A stretch of DNA of 32,791 nt, taken from a virus. Lineage: Duplodnaviria; Caudoviricetes. The notes beneath the pieces are model-generated. The model saw only the letters and a program-made list of their open reading frames with translations, had not been told where the DNA came from and made no database searches. The stretch is from the IMG/VR virus record IMGVR_UViG_3300032329_000221, positions 1 to 32,791 of that record; one strand, given 5' to 3'. Shown piece after piece: positions 1 to 9,208 of the stretch. How positions within the stretch are numbered: position 1 is the stretch's first letter; every line of letters begins with the position of its first letter. The position numbers were made by a program, and so were the translations under genes.

Positions 1-165
1 AGAAATGAGGAGCAATATGCCTTTGCTATGCAGGCATCACAGGATATTAGCCAAGGAGCTAATCCTTTAATGAATCCTCAACCAGCTCCACAGCCAATGC
101 CAGCGCAACAGCCAATGCCTATGGAGCAAGCTCCACAACCACAACCCCCAATGCAAGGAATGTAA
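1..165 (+). CDS. Portal protein, C-terminal fragment (5' truncated)
   Basis: Frame 1 open to TAA at 163-165: RNEEQYAFAMQASQDISQGANPLMNPQPAPQPMPAQQPMPMEQAPQPQPPMQGM. P/Q/M-rich tail typical of P22-like portals, upstream of scaffold; portal N-terminus is at the other window end. Confidence 0.75.
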   Translation, partial: RNEEQYAFAMQASQDISQGANPLMNPQPAPQPMPAQQPMPMEQAPQPQPPMQGM

Positions 166-167
166 TC

Positions 168-410
168 ATGCCAAGAGAGATCGTAACCTCAGAAAATCGT
201 GAAGAATATATGGAAAAGAAACTGGCTGAAAAAGCTGGTGTAAAGCCAATGGATAATGAGCAAATGGAAATGAAAGCTAGAGCTAAAAAGATGGATGATG
301 AGCAATTTGAAAGAGTCAAAAAGCATCCTAAATATGCAATGCTAAAGATTAAACTCGGTAAAAAAGGCGCTATGGATGCCCTGTTAAAAGAAATGAACGA
401 TAAGCAATAA
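168..410 (+). CDS. Small charged hypothetical protein with scaffold-like N-terminal motif
   Basis: 80 aa ORF with AAGGA upstream; IVTSENREEYMEKKL resembles scaffold VVTSENLTEWNMDRL. Confidence 0.8.
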   Translation: MPREIVTSENREEYMEKKLAEKAGVKPMDNEQMEMKARAKKMDDEQFERVKKHPKYAMLKIKLGKKGAMDALLKEMNDKQ

Positions 411-412
411 TA

Positions 413-441
413 TTGTTTTAAATAAGTTTTAGTGGTAAAAA
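413..441 (+). promoter_or_regulatory. Possible sigma70 promoter for scaffold/capsid genes
   Basis: TTGTTT (413-418), 17 nt, TG-g-TAAAAA (436-441) in an AT-rich intergenic gap; weak match. Confidence 0.35.
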
Positions 442-496
442 AGAAGTGTTGTAAATCTACCAATGGATTCATTGGGTAAAATCTTGAGGAATACTC

Positions 497-1453
497 ATGT
501 CAGAAGCACAAGTTGTAGAAGCAAAACAAGCTAGTAATGTAGTAACTAGTGAAAATTTAACTGAATGGAACATGGATCGCTTAGGTTTAGCTACCGAAGA
601 AGCTCCTACTGAGGCTGAAACAGTTGAGGAAACTCCTGAATCAGAGCCAGTAGCAGAAGAAGGTGAGAGTGAACAGGATCAAGAACCTGAAGGTAAGGCA
701 ACAGAGGAACGGAAACAAAATCCTAAACTTGAAAAGCGGTTTTCAGAGCTTACTAAGGCTCGCAAATTAGCAGAAGAAAATGCTGCTAAAGAGCGTGAGC
801 AAAGAGAGCAACTGGAAGCTAGACTTAGGGAATATGAAGAACGGAGCAATCCACAGCAAAAGACTGCGGAAGATCCGATTGGAGTAGAGCCTAGGGCAGA
901 TCAGTTTGATGATGCTTTTGAATATGCAAAGGCATTAGCGGAATGGTCAGCAGAGAAAGCGTTGTATGACAGGGATCAGCAAGACTTAAATCGCAAAGCT
1001 GAAGAAGAAAGACAAAAAGTCCTAAAGACTTGGTCTGAGAAACTTCAAAAAGCGAAACCAAATCTAGCTGATTTTGATGAAATAGTGAATTCTACTCAAG
1101 TCGTTGTAAGCAATGAAGTGAGAGATGCCATTATTGAGTCAGATGTTGGGCCTGAGATTCTTTACCATTTAGCTAGTCTAGATGGAGAAGAAGCTGAGAG
1201 ATTCCAAGCATTACCGATGGCAAAAGCGCTTAGAGAGATTGGGAAATTGGAGGCTCGGTTTGAGAAGCAGGAAGCTGCTGAAGAAACTGCCGTTAGAAGT
1301 AAGCCTGTTGTTCAGAAGTCTAAAGCACCAGCTCCTCTCAGTCCGATTAGGGCTACTGGAAGCGCAATGGATACACCTATTGGCTCAGATGGTGAGTTTC
1401 ATGGTTCGTTCCAAGCGTGGAAAGCAGCTCGAAAAGCAGGGAAGATCAGGTAA
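497..1453 (+). CDS. Capsid scaffolding protein
   Basis: 318 aa; acidic disordered N-terminus, KRFSELT coiled coil, GPEILYHLA and ALREIGKLEARF motifs, basic C-terminal helix; directly upstream of the coat gene. Confidence 0.85.
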   Translation: MSEAQVVEAKQASNVVTSENLTEWNMDRLGLATEEAPTEAETVEETPESEPVAEEGESEQDQEPEGKATEERKQNPKLEKRFSELTKARKLAEENAAKEREQREQLEARLREYEERSNPQQKTAEDPIGVEPRADQFDDAFEYAKALAEWSAEKALYDRDQQDLNRKAEEERQKVLKTWSEKLQKAKPNLADFDEIVNSTQVVVSNEVRDAIIESDVGPEILYHLASLDGEEAERFQALPMAKALREIGKLEARFEKQEAAEETAVRSKPVVQKSKAPAPLSPIRATGSAMDTPIGSDGEFHGSFQAWKAARKAGKIR

Positions 1454-1482
1454 AACCCTAATTTCTTTAAAGGAAAAAGAAA

Positions 1483-2712
1483 ATGAGCAATACTTTATTA
1501 ACTATTTCCAAGATCACCAACGAAGCGTTGATGGTATTGGAAAACGAATTAACCTTCACTTCTGAAGTAGATCGTAACTATGATGACCAGTTCGCAGTTG
1601 TTGGTGCAAAGATTGGTAACACAGTCAATGTACGCAGACCAGGTCGTTTCATCGGTACAACAGGCCCTGCATTGAATGTTGAAGATTTCAACGAAACTTC
1701 AGTTCCTGTAACCCTTTCAACTCAGTTCCATGTGGATACACAATTCACAACTCAAGACTTAGCTTTGTCTTTGGATATGTTCTCTGATCGTGTATTGAAG
1801 CCAGCAGTTGCAGCTATCGCAAACAAAATCGACTTAGATGGTTTGACAATGGCTAAAAATGCTACTTACAACACAGTAGGTACAGCAGGAACTCCTCCAA
1901 CTGGCTTGATTACCTTCTTGAACGCTGGCGCTTACCTTGATTCTGAAGGCGCTCCTCGTGATGGTCGTAGATCAGTCATTATTGATCCATTCTCAAGCGC
2001 AACTATCGTTGATAGCTTGAAGGGTCTATTTGTGCCACAAGAAGCGATTTCTACTCAGTATCGTAAAGGTTTGATGGGTCGAGATTCTGCTGGTATGAAC
2101 TGGAAGATGGATCAGAACATTGTGAACCAAACTTACGGCTCATTTGCTGGAACAGCTACAGTCAATGTGACTACAGCTACTGGCTTTTTGACAAGCGGTT
2201 GGGCTTCTAATGCAAACATCACTTTGACTTTGACTAACGCTGTTAGCTTGAATCAAGGCGATACATTCACCATCGCTGGTGTTTATGCAGTAAACCCACA
2301 AAATCGTCAGTCTTATGGCAAGTTGCGTAACTTTGTTGTGAACACAGCCGTTAGCGGTTCAGGTGGCACAATCACAGTCAATGTATCTCCTGCTCCTATT
2401 TCTGCTGGTCAGTTCCAAAACATCAGCGTAACTAGCTCAGGCGCACAAGCTGTTGCCTTCTTTAACTCAACTGGTACAACCAGCCCACAAAATATCCTCA
2501 TGCACAAAAATGCGTTTACTCTCGCAGTAGCCGATCTTGAGTTGCCTGAAGGTGTTCATTTTGCTGGTCGTGCAAGCGATAAGGAAATTGGTTTGTCAAT
2601 GCGTGTAGTTCGTCAATACACCATCAACAATGACTCTATTCCTACTCGTTTAGATGTTCTATACGGATGGGCGCCTCTGTACCCTGAGTTGGCTTGCCGT
2701 ATTGCATCTTAA
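1483..2712 (+). CDS. Major capsid protein (P22 gp5 coat family)
   Basis: 409 aa; MSNTLLTISKITNEALMVLENEL, AKIGNTVNVRRP and TRLDVLYGWAPLYPELACRI match P22-like coat proteins; strong AAGGA RBS. Confidence 0.93.
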   Translation: MSNTLLTISKITNEALMVLENELTFTSEVDRNYDDQFAVVGAKIGNTVNVRRPGRFIGTTGPALNVEDFNETSVPVTLSTQFHVDTQFTTQDLALSLDMFSDRVLKPAVAAIANKIDLDGLTMAKNATYNTVGTAGTPPTGLITFLNAGAYLDSEGAPRDGRRSVIIDPFSSATIVDSLKGLFVPQEAISTQYRKGLMGRDSAGMNWKMDQNIVNQTYGSFAGTATVNVTTATGFLTSGWASNANITLTLTNAVSLNQGDTFTIAGVYAVNPQNRQSYGKLRNFVVNTAVSGSGGTITVNVSPAPISAGQFQNISVTSSGAQAVAFFNSTGTTSPQNILMHKNAFTLAVADLELPEGVHFAGRASDKEIGLSMRVVRQYTINNDSIPTRLDVLYGWAPLYPELACRIAS

Positions 2713-2739
2713 TTTATAGACAAAGAAAGGAACTAAATC

Positions 2740-2973
2740 ATGTCTAATCCAGGACCAGCATCAACAGTATCATCAGTTTATTTATTCAATGGTAACGCAG
2801 CAGATGGTGTTTCCCTTGGTATTTCTACTGGCAAAATTGGTTTTTATGGTGTAACTCCAGTTGTTAAAGCTGGCGCAATTACTACCATTGCAACCAACGC
2901 AACTGGCACAGCAATTTCTGTAGCGGTTAATGCAATTATTGTTGCATTGCAGAATATTGGTGTAACAGCGTAA
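2740..2973 (+). CDS. Small virion protein, probable head decoration/head fibre
   Basis: 77 aa after coat; KIGFYGVTPV and C-terminal AVNAIIVALQNIG helix resemble head-fibre trimerisation ends. Confidence 0.6.
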   Translation: MSNPGPASTVSSVYLFNGNAADGVSLGISTGKIGFYGVTPVVKAGAITTIATNATGTAISVAVNAIIVALQNIGVTA

Positions 2974-2988
2974 TAATGTTGTAAAACT

Positions 2989-3023
2989 AAGCCCATCCTC
3001 AAAAGGGGTGGGCTTTTTTCTTT
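2989..3023 (+). terminator. Intrinsic terminator after capsid operon
   Basis: AAGCCCATCCT-caaaa-GGGGTGGGCTT stem (two G-U pairs) followed by TTTTCTTT. Confidence 0.85.
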
Positions 3024-3037
3024 GTGAAGGAAGAAAA

Positions 3038-3697
3038 TTGCATATAACTGTAGCCATTCCAGCCTATACAGGCACAATTTACATAGCAACTCTTAGATCG
3101 CTTATAAATGACCTTGTAATGCTCGTAGCTAGAGGCGATACATTTACTCTCATTGATGACATAGGAAGCGCTAATATTGCCGATTGTCGAGGCGCAATAG
3201 CCTCCAATTTCCTTAAAACAGATTCTGATTGCCTTGTTTTTGTTGATTCTGATGTAGCTTGGGAAAAAGGCGCTCTTTTAAGGCTTGTAGATCACAAGGT
3301 TGATCTAGTAGGAGGTATATATCCATATCGAGTTGAGGAATTAGGATTCCCTATCAAATATTTGGAAAAAGAAGAACTTTGGGCAGATCCTGAAACAGGC
3401 TTGCTAGAAGTCGCTGCTATTCCTACAGGCTTTATGAGAATCAGTCGTAACTGCTTAGAACAAATGATAAAAGCCTATCCTGAACAGTATTATCATGATG
3501 GAGCTAAAGACAATCTTTTTTATGATCTATTTTCTCGTATTTGTGAGGGTGAAAGTAAATACGGAGAGGATTATTCATTTTGTTTTAAATGGAGCAAAAT
3601 AGGCGGTAAAGTATGGTGCGATCCTGAAATTAAAATGGGTCATACTGGAAATAAAACTTATGTCGGTCATTTCGGAAACTATTTGCGAAACAGATAA
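3038..3697 (+). CDS. GT-A fold (GT2-like) glycosyltransferase
   Basis: VAIPAY first strand, FVDSD DxD motif, TGFMRI, GEDYSFC, C-terminal His. TTG start at 3038 chosen because AAGGA precedes it and the listed 3008 start lies in the terminator stem. Confidence 0.8.
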   Translation: MHITVAIPAYTGTIYIATLRSLINDLVMLVARGDTFTLIDDIGSANIADCRGAIASNFLKTDSDCLVFVDSDVAWEKGALLRLVDHKVDLVGGIYPYRVEELGFPIKYLEKEELWADPETGLLEVAAIPTGFMRISRNCLEQMIKAYPEQYYHDGAKDNLFYDLFSRICEGESKYGEDYSFCFKWSKIGGKVWCDPEIKMGHTGNKTYVGHFGNYLRNR

Positions 3698-3711
3698 TTA
3701 AAGATTAAACT
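3683..3711 (+). promoter_or_regulatory. Predicted sigma70 promoter restarting structural transcription
   Basis: TTGCGA (3683-3688), 17 nt, TAAACT (3706-3711), upstream of AAAGGA RBS of 3746. Confidence 0.55.
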
Positions 3712-3745
3712 TAGGTAGCCTCAACCCCTATATAAAGGAAAAATC

Positions 3746-4072
3746 ATGCCATCAACCACTATTGCTCGTGGAAATGCTATTAGCACTTTTTACATTGCTC
3801 CAACTCTTACACCAACTTCAGTTACAACTTTAACAACTGGCGCTCAAACATTTAATATTGCTGGTTTATTGACAACCGACATTATTAATTGCATGGGTGT
3901 AGTAGGCAATCAAACTGCTGGAATTACTATTGTTGAAGCAGATTGCACTACTGCTGGTGTTCTAACTATTCAATTTGGAAACTTTACTGCTGGAACTTTA
4001 ACTCCTGCTGCTGGTGTTTACTACATTGAAATTATTAGACCTGAAGGCCCATTGCCTGTAACAGCAGTTTAA
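3746..4072 (+). CDS. Small Thr/Gly-rich putative virion protein
   Basis: 108 aa, beta-rich composition, strong RBS, structural context. Confidence 0.7.
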   Translation: MPSTTIARGNAISTFYIAPTLTPTSVTTLTTGAQTFNIAGLLTTDIINCMGVVGNQTAGITIVEADCTTAGVLTIQFGNFTAGTLTPAAGVYYIEIIRPEGPLPVTAV

Positions 4073-4085
4073 TTAAGGATTAATC

Positions 4086-4439
4086 ATGTCATTAACAACT
4101 GTAATCCGTCTAGTAGGAAGAACTACTGCCCTATCAGTTACAGCATCAGCTCATGCAGCCGTTACTGTTTCTGCCGTAGGCGGTAGTGTTCTTAGCAACT
4201 ATGCTTCATTCTTAAATGTTGGTGCAAACTCTGTAGCTATTGAAATTTCTCCAATAGGGATTACGGCTGTTACAGCTACTTTGCCTGTTGATGGAACAGT
4301 TGGCTCATATATTTTGCCTCCATTAATGACTAGACCTATTGTTTTGGCTGTTCCAGCTAATGATTTCCAAGTATCAGCTATTGGATCAGCAGCAGGCCCA
4401 GCACTTGTTTACATTACACCAGTTAGCGATCAGTCTTAA
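4086..4439 (+). CDS. Small putative virion protein
   Basis: 117 aa, Ala/Val/Ser/Thr rich, ends VYITP; TAAGGA RBS; structural context. Confidence 0.7.
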   Translation: MSLTTVIRLVGRTTALSVTASAHAAVTVSAVGGSVLSNYASFLNVGANSVAIEISPIGITAVTATLPVDGTVGSYILPPLMTRPIVLAVPANDFQVSAIGSAAGPALVYITPVSDQS

Positions 4440-4463
4440 TAAATCGCATTTTAAGGATTTTCT

Positions 4464-6653
4464 ATGGGCAGTCCATCAGATTCATCTGTTCAGAATTTAC
4501 TGCCTGTTCAGGCTTATTTTGATGCTCAGAAAAACTTTATAACCTTTATTGGTCAGGGTCAGCCGTTCTATGCAACGGCTAATCCTAGTCAATCAGGCTT
4601 AACAATTACCAATAGCACTTTAAATAGCAGTCCTATTGGTAATACTTCTCCTTCTACTGGTGTTTTTACTAACATCGGCACAACTACTGGAACGATTTCA
4701 ACTCAGCCAACAGGCGCAACAGATATAGTCAATTTATTGGCTTTACAGTCTTACGCTGCTGGAATTAGTTGGAAACAGCCTTGTGCGGTTGCAACATTGG
4801 CAAATATTACTTTGTCAGGTTTGCAGACCATTGATGGTTATACAACCTTGGCTGGTGATCGAGTATTAGTTAAAAATCAGTCAAATGCTGCTAATAACGG
4901 CATTTATTTGGCTTCTGCAACTGCTTGGACTAGATCTTTAGATGCAGACCAATGGAATGATTTTGTTTCAGCTATTACTTTTATTGAATATGGCACTCAA
5001 GCTGGTGGAGCTTGGTTTTGTACGGCAACCCCTGGCGGTACTTTAGGTGTAACTGCTCTTAATTGGTCACAATTTACAACTTCAGCGACTTATTCTGCTG
5101 GTACAGGGCTAACCCTTACAGGGTCTGTATTCAGTATTACTCCAGTTGGAACTGCTTCTACTTATGGTTCTGCTACTCAAACCCCAGTATTTACAACTAA
5201 TGCAAGCGGTCAAGTAACTGCCGTTACCAATACAACCATTACTCCAGCCGTAGGATCAATTACAGGGCTTGGAACTGGTGTAGCAACTGCTTTGGCTGCT
5301 GGTGTAACTGGATCAGGAAATATTGTTTTAGCGACAAGTCCTACTTTAGTCACTCCAGCTCTAGGAACTCCAACTTCAGGTAATTTTGGTTCAGGTACTT
5401 TTACTTGGCCTACATTTAACCAAAACACTACTGGAACTGCTGCCAAGGCAACCAATTTAGCAGGAGGAGCTGCTGGTTCAGTTCCTTATCAATCAGCTCT
5501 TGATACAACTACATTCTTAGCTGTTGGCTCTAATGGTCAAGTTCTTACCCTGGCATCAGGTATTCCATCTTGGGCAACTCCTACAACAGGCACAGTAACC
5601 TCTGTAGGAGGCACAGGAACAGTTTCAGGCATTAGTTTAAGCGGTACAGTCACCTCAAGCGGAAACCTCACCTTGGGCGGTTCTTTGGACTTGTCAGCTC
5701 CTCCTGCTATTGGTGGCGCTACTCCAAATACCATTACTGGCACAACAATTACTGCCAATACTAAGTTTGTAAGCCCTTATTTTGATGCTGCAAACTCGGC
5801 TGGTGGTTCATTAAGAAATGCTAGTGGAACTGCTTGCTTACAATGGGGTGGTGGTGGCGGTGCAAATTTAACAGTTGATGTATCTGCTAATTTAAATGGT
5901 GCAAACGCACAAATTGACATTAGTCCTACTGGAACTGGTCATGTTCATATAAATCCAACTGGTAGCGGTTCTATTGAAATGAACCCTACAAGTGCTGGAA
6001 CAATGAATAACATGGTTATAGGTGGAACAACACCTTTAGCTGGAACATTTACTACATTAAGAATCAATAGCACTTTATCTTTGGCTGGATCAACAGGAAC
6101 TGCTGGATATGTAGTGACTTCCAACGGAGCTTCTGCTCCTACTTGGCAAGCCCTTCCAGCCACAGGATTAGCGATTGTTGATGACACAACTACTAATGCA
6201 ACTCGCTATATAACCTTTACAAGCGCCACAAGCGGAAATATTACAACTGAGAATGTCAGCTCTACCAAGTTGCAATATAACCCTTCAACTGGTGCTTTAA
6301 GTGCTACTAAATACTTTGGTGATGGATCTTCCTTAACTGGAATCGTATCAGGCGCAACAATTAGCAACGATACAACTACTGCAAGTAACCTTTATCCATT
6401 GTTTTCTTCTGCTACTAGCGGAACTCCAACAACGATTTATACAAGCAATGCAAAGTATTTGTATAAACCTTCAACTGGTGATCTGCAAGCAAGCCAGGTA
6501 GTAGCTTCTAATGGTTTAGTTCTTAATAACGCAACTGTATCTACTAGCTATACGATTGCCACAGGAAACAATGCAATGAGTGTTGGCCCTATAACAGTAG
6601 CAAGCGGTCAATCAGTTACAGTAAGTTCAGGTCAAAGGTGGGTGGTTCTATGA
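4464..6653 (+). CDS. Long fibre protein (Thr/Gly/Ser-rich)
   Basis: 729 aa; ATLANITLSGLQTIDG...GDRVLVKNQ...NNGIY fibre domain, GQVLT...PSW and GYVVTSNG...PTW shaft motifs, internal duplication, C-terminal NAMSVGPITV...WVVL. Confidence 0.8.
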   Translation: MGSPSDSSVQNLLPVQAYFDAQKNFITFIGQGQPFYATANPSQSGLTITNSTLNSSPIGNTSPSTGVFTNIGTTTGTISTQPTGATDIVNLLALQSYAAGISWKQPCAVATLANITLSGLQTIDGYTTLAGDRVLVKNQSNAANNGIYLASATAWTRSLDADQWNDFVSAITFIEYGTQAGGAWFCTATPGGTLGVTALNWSQFTTSATYSAGTGLTLTGSVFSITPVGTASTYGSATQTPVFTTNASGQVTAVTNTTITPAVGSITGLGTGVATALAAGVTGSGNIVLATSPTLVTPALGTPTSGNFGSGTFTWPTFNQNTTGTAAKATNLAGGAAGSVPYQSALDTTTFLAVGSNGQVLTLASGIPSWATPTTGTVTSVGGTGTVSGISLSGTVTSSGNLTLGGSLDLSAPPAIGGATPNTITGTTITANTKFVSPYFDAANSAGGSLRNASGTACLQWGGGGGANLTVDVSANLNGANAQIDISPTGTGHVHINPTGSGSIEMNPTSAGTMNNMVIGGTTPLAGTFTTLRINSTLSLAGSTGTAGYVVTSNGASAPTWQALPATGLAIVDDTTTNATRYITFTSATSGNITTENVSSTKLQYNPSTGALSATKYFGDGSSLTGIVSGATISNDTTTASNLYPLFSSATSGTPTTIYTSNAKYLYKPSTGDLQASQVVASNGLVLNNATVSTSYTIATGNNAMSVGPITVASGQSVTVSSGQRWVVL
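6165..6490 (+). repeat. Duplicated ~47 aa module in long fibre
   Basis: GLAIVDDTTTNATRYITFTSATSG...LQYNPSTGALSA versus GATISNDTTTASNLYPLFSSATSG...YLYKPSTGDLQA. Confidence 0.8.
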
Positions 6654-7192
6654 GTTCAGTTGTTATATCAGGCGATACATCAGGTGCAATAACGCTATCT
6701 GCCCCAGCCGTATCAGGAACAAATACTGCAACATTACCTGCTGCTACTGGCACAGTAATGGTTAGCGGTAATCAACCTACTTTTAGGGTTTATTCTGCTT
6801 CCAACCAAAGCATATCTGCTTCTACTGTAACAAAAGTAACCTTTGGAACGGAGCAATGGGACACAAATAATAATTTTGCTTCTTCAACTTTTACACCTAC
6901 TGTTGCTGGATACTACCAAATAAACTGTTGTGCTGAAGTTTCAGGTGCGACTAACGCAACTTATGTAGAAGTTTTTATTTATAAAAATGGTTCTGTTTAT
7001 TCATATAACCAATACAATGCCGCACCAACTGCTATATTTAATACAGCAACAGCACCTATTTCAGATATTGTTTATTGCAACGGCTCTACTGATTATGTTG
7101 AAGTTTATGTTGCTTCTAGTGCTACAAGCCCTGTTATATATAGCGGAAGCACAAAAACTTGGTTTAGCGGTTGTTTGGTAAGGAGTGCGTAA
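6650..7192 (+). CDS. Fibre-tip protein with C1q/TNF-like domain
   Basis: ATGA overlap with fibre stop; FRVY...KVTF...DTNNNF...FTPTVAGYYQIN...TDYVEVYV...WFSG follows the C1q pattern. Confidence 0.7.
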   Translation: MSSVVISGDTSGAITLSAPAVSGTNTATLPAATGTVMVSGNQPTFRVYSASNQSISASTVTKVTFGTEQWDTNNNFASSTFTPTVAGYYQINCCAEVSGATNATYVEVFIYKNGSVYSYNQYNAAPTAIFNTATAPISDIVYCNGSTDYVEVYVASSATSPVIYSGSTKTWFSGCLVRSA

Positions 7193-7350
7193 TGTTATAC
7201 GAAAAAATAAAATCACTATACCCAAGCCTTAATGATAAAGACTTTACAACTGTAATCCGTTTACAAAACGATTCAGACGGCAAAGGCGATTACATTGCTA
7301 AATGGGAACATCCTACTTTAGCTAGACCTACTGATGAGGAATTAGCATAA
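7192..7350 (+). CDS. XkdW-like small fibre-associated protein (not in ORF track)
   Basis: 52 aa MLYEKIKSLYPSLNDKDFTTVIRLQNDSDGKGDYIAKWEHPTLARPTDEELA; LQNDSDGKGDYIAKW...PT resembles XkdW/YorD; TAATG overlaps at both ends. Confidence 0.75.
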   Translation: MLYEKIKSLYPSLNDKDFTTVIRLQNDSDGKGDYIAKWEHPTLARPTDEELA

Positions 7351-8453
7351 TGGCTTACGGAACAGTAAACGCTGATGTAATAACTACAAGTACGGCTGGT
7401 GGAATACTAGGAGCTGGTAACGCTTCTATTATGAAGAATCGCATTATCAATGGTGCGATGGTTATTGACCAAAGAAATGCTGGTGCTAGTGTTACCATTA
7501 CTGGGGCACAATATGTTCTTGATAGATGGCGGTCTAGTGCGGCACAAAGTAGCAAATTCAGTATTCAACAAAATGCTGGTTCAGTTACTCCACCAATAGG
7601 ATTTTCTAATTATCTTGGTTGCACTTCTTTATCTTCTTATACTGTTGGTGCTAGTGAAGGTTTTGGTATTTTTCAAAGAATTGAAGGTTTTAACTTTTCC
7701 GATTTGAATTGGGGAACAGCAAATGCTAAAACAATTACTTTATCTATGTGGGTATATAGTTCTTTAACAGGAACTTTTGGTGGAGTATTAAAAAATTCTG
7801 CACAAGATAGGATATATCCATTTACATACACAATTTCTTCCGCAAATACTTGGACACAAGCAAGCGTAACTATTGCTGGTGATACATCAGGAACTTGGGT
7901 AGGCTCAACAAATGGCATTGGTGTTCAGGTGCAATTTAGTATTGGAGCTGGTTCTTCAGCTAGTGGAACTGCTGGTTCTTGGACAACTACAAATTATGAT
8001 TCAGCCACAGGAGCAGTTTCAGTAGTAGGAACAAACGGAGCAACTTTCTACATTACTGGTTGTCAGCTTGAGGTTGGTTCAAGTAATACAGGTTTTGAAT
8101 ATGTTAATTATCAGACTAGCCTAGCTAACTGCCAAAGATATTATTTTAGAAATACTCCTGGTGGCAACTATTCAAATCTTTGCTCTTTAGGGATGGCAAC
8201 AGGAACAACATCTATTGAAATGACAGGAGCTTTCCCAGTTCAAATGCGTTCTACACCAGCCGTTTCAACATCAAATGCAAGATTAATTGATGGTGTAACA
8301 GGAATTACCATTAATTCAATAACTATTGCATGGGCTGGTTCTTATGGCACAGGAATTACATTTAATGTAACTGGTGCAACGCAATATAGGCCTTATTATT
8401 TACAAAACAACAACAATACAACTGGCTATATTGACTTTTCTTCGGAGTTATAA
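7350..8453 (+). CDS. Fibre-tip protein with putative carbohydrate-binding beta-sandwich
   Basis: 367 aa; KNRIINGAMVIDQR, LDRW, ITGCQLEVG and LANCQRYY motifs common in aquatic phage fibre proteins. Confidence 0.7.
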   Translation: MAYGTVNADVITTSTAGGILGAGNASIMKNRIINGAMVIDQRNAGASVTITGAQYVLDRWRSSAAQSSKFSIQQNAGSVTPPIGFSNYLGCTSLSSYTVGASEGFGIFQRIEGFNFSDLNWGTANAKTITLSMWVYSSLTGTFGGVLKNSAQDRIYPFTYTISSANTWTQASVTIAGDTSGTWVGSTNGIGVQVQFSIGAGSSASGTAGSWTTTNYDSATGAVSVVGTNGATFYITGCQLEVGSSNTGFEYVNYQTSLANCQRYYFRNTPGGNYSNLCSLGMATGTTSIEMTGAFPVQMRSTPAVSTSNARLIDGVTGITINSITIAWAGSYGTGITFNVTGATQYRPYYLQNNNNTTGYIDFSSEL

Positions 8454-8726
8454 ATGTATAAATTATCGCCAAAACATCCACTTTCTGATAGTTACACTTC
8501 AGTAATGCGTTTATCGGATAATGTTTGCATACCATTTGACCCTGACAACACAGACTATCAAGCATTTAAAACTGCCGTATTAGAACAACAACCAGGCGGT
8601 GCAGTTGTAGAAGATGGCAATTCATTTAGCCTAAATACTAGCCCTGATGATTCTATTTTAGAAGATGCAGACGGCAATGTAATGACTATTGACCAAGCTA
8701 AAGCATATGTAAGGACTTTGCCATGA
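8454..8726 (+). CDS. Small fibre-associated protein/chaperone
   Basis: 90 aa, IPFDPDNTDYQAF motif; starts immediately after the preceding stop. Confidence 0.65.
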   Translation: MYKLSPKHPLSDSYTSVMRLSDNVCIPFDPDNTDYQAFKTAVLEQQPGGAVVEDGNSFSLNTSPDDSILEDADGNVMTIDQAKAYVRTLP

Positions 8727-9208
8727 GTATGATTATTGATGGAACTAATGGTCTTACATTTAACAACGCTACTACACAGAATAGCGGTGGTAAGGTGTTG
8801 CAAGTGGTTAATGCTACAACAACAACTTCAGCATCTTCTTCAACATCAACTTTTGTTGATACAAACTTAACTGCAACAATTACTCCATTATTTTCTACAA
8901 GTAAAATTCTTGTTTTAGTAAGCCAAAATGGAATGAGAAAAGGAACAACAAGTAGCTTGGATGATATTAGTATTCGCTTGGTAAGAGGTTCAACTGCAAT
9001 ATCGCAACCAGCGTATTTTGCTGGATATACAAATAGTGCGTTACAGTTTTATGGACTTTCATGCAGTTTAAGTTATTCAGATAGTCCAGCTACAACTTCT
9101 GCAACAACTTATAAAACACAAGTTGCAAATGCTGATGGAACAGGACCAGTTTCTGCACAATATAGCGGTGAAATGTCCACAATTACTTTGATGGAGATTG
9201 CAGTATGA
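8723..9208 (+). CDS. Short fibre-tip protein
   Basis: 161 aa; GKVLQVV, ITPLFSTSKILV, DSPATTSATTYK, STITLMEIA motifs of a common phage fibre C-terminal domain. Confidence 0.7.
   Translation: MSMIIDGTNGLTFNNATTQNSGGKVLQVVNATTTTSASSSTSTFVDTNLTATITPLFSTSKILVLVSQNGMRKGTTSSLDDISIRLVRGSTAISQPAYFAGYTNSALQFYGLSCSLSYSDSPATTSATTYKTQVANADGTGPVSAQYSGEMSTITLMEIAV

Noticed and set aside
119-472. 117 aa minus-strand ORF and other antisense ORFs (e.g. 9602-10024, 17103-17540, 5210-6187)
   Set aside because: Shadows of well-supported plus-strand genes; no RBS or motifs.
1182-1565. Alternate-frame ORF bridging scaffold and coat (possible frameshift product)
   Set aside because: No slippery site seen; Leu/Lys/Arg-rich composition typical of off-frame reading; not in the coat frame.
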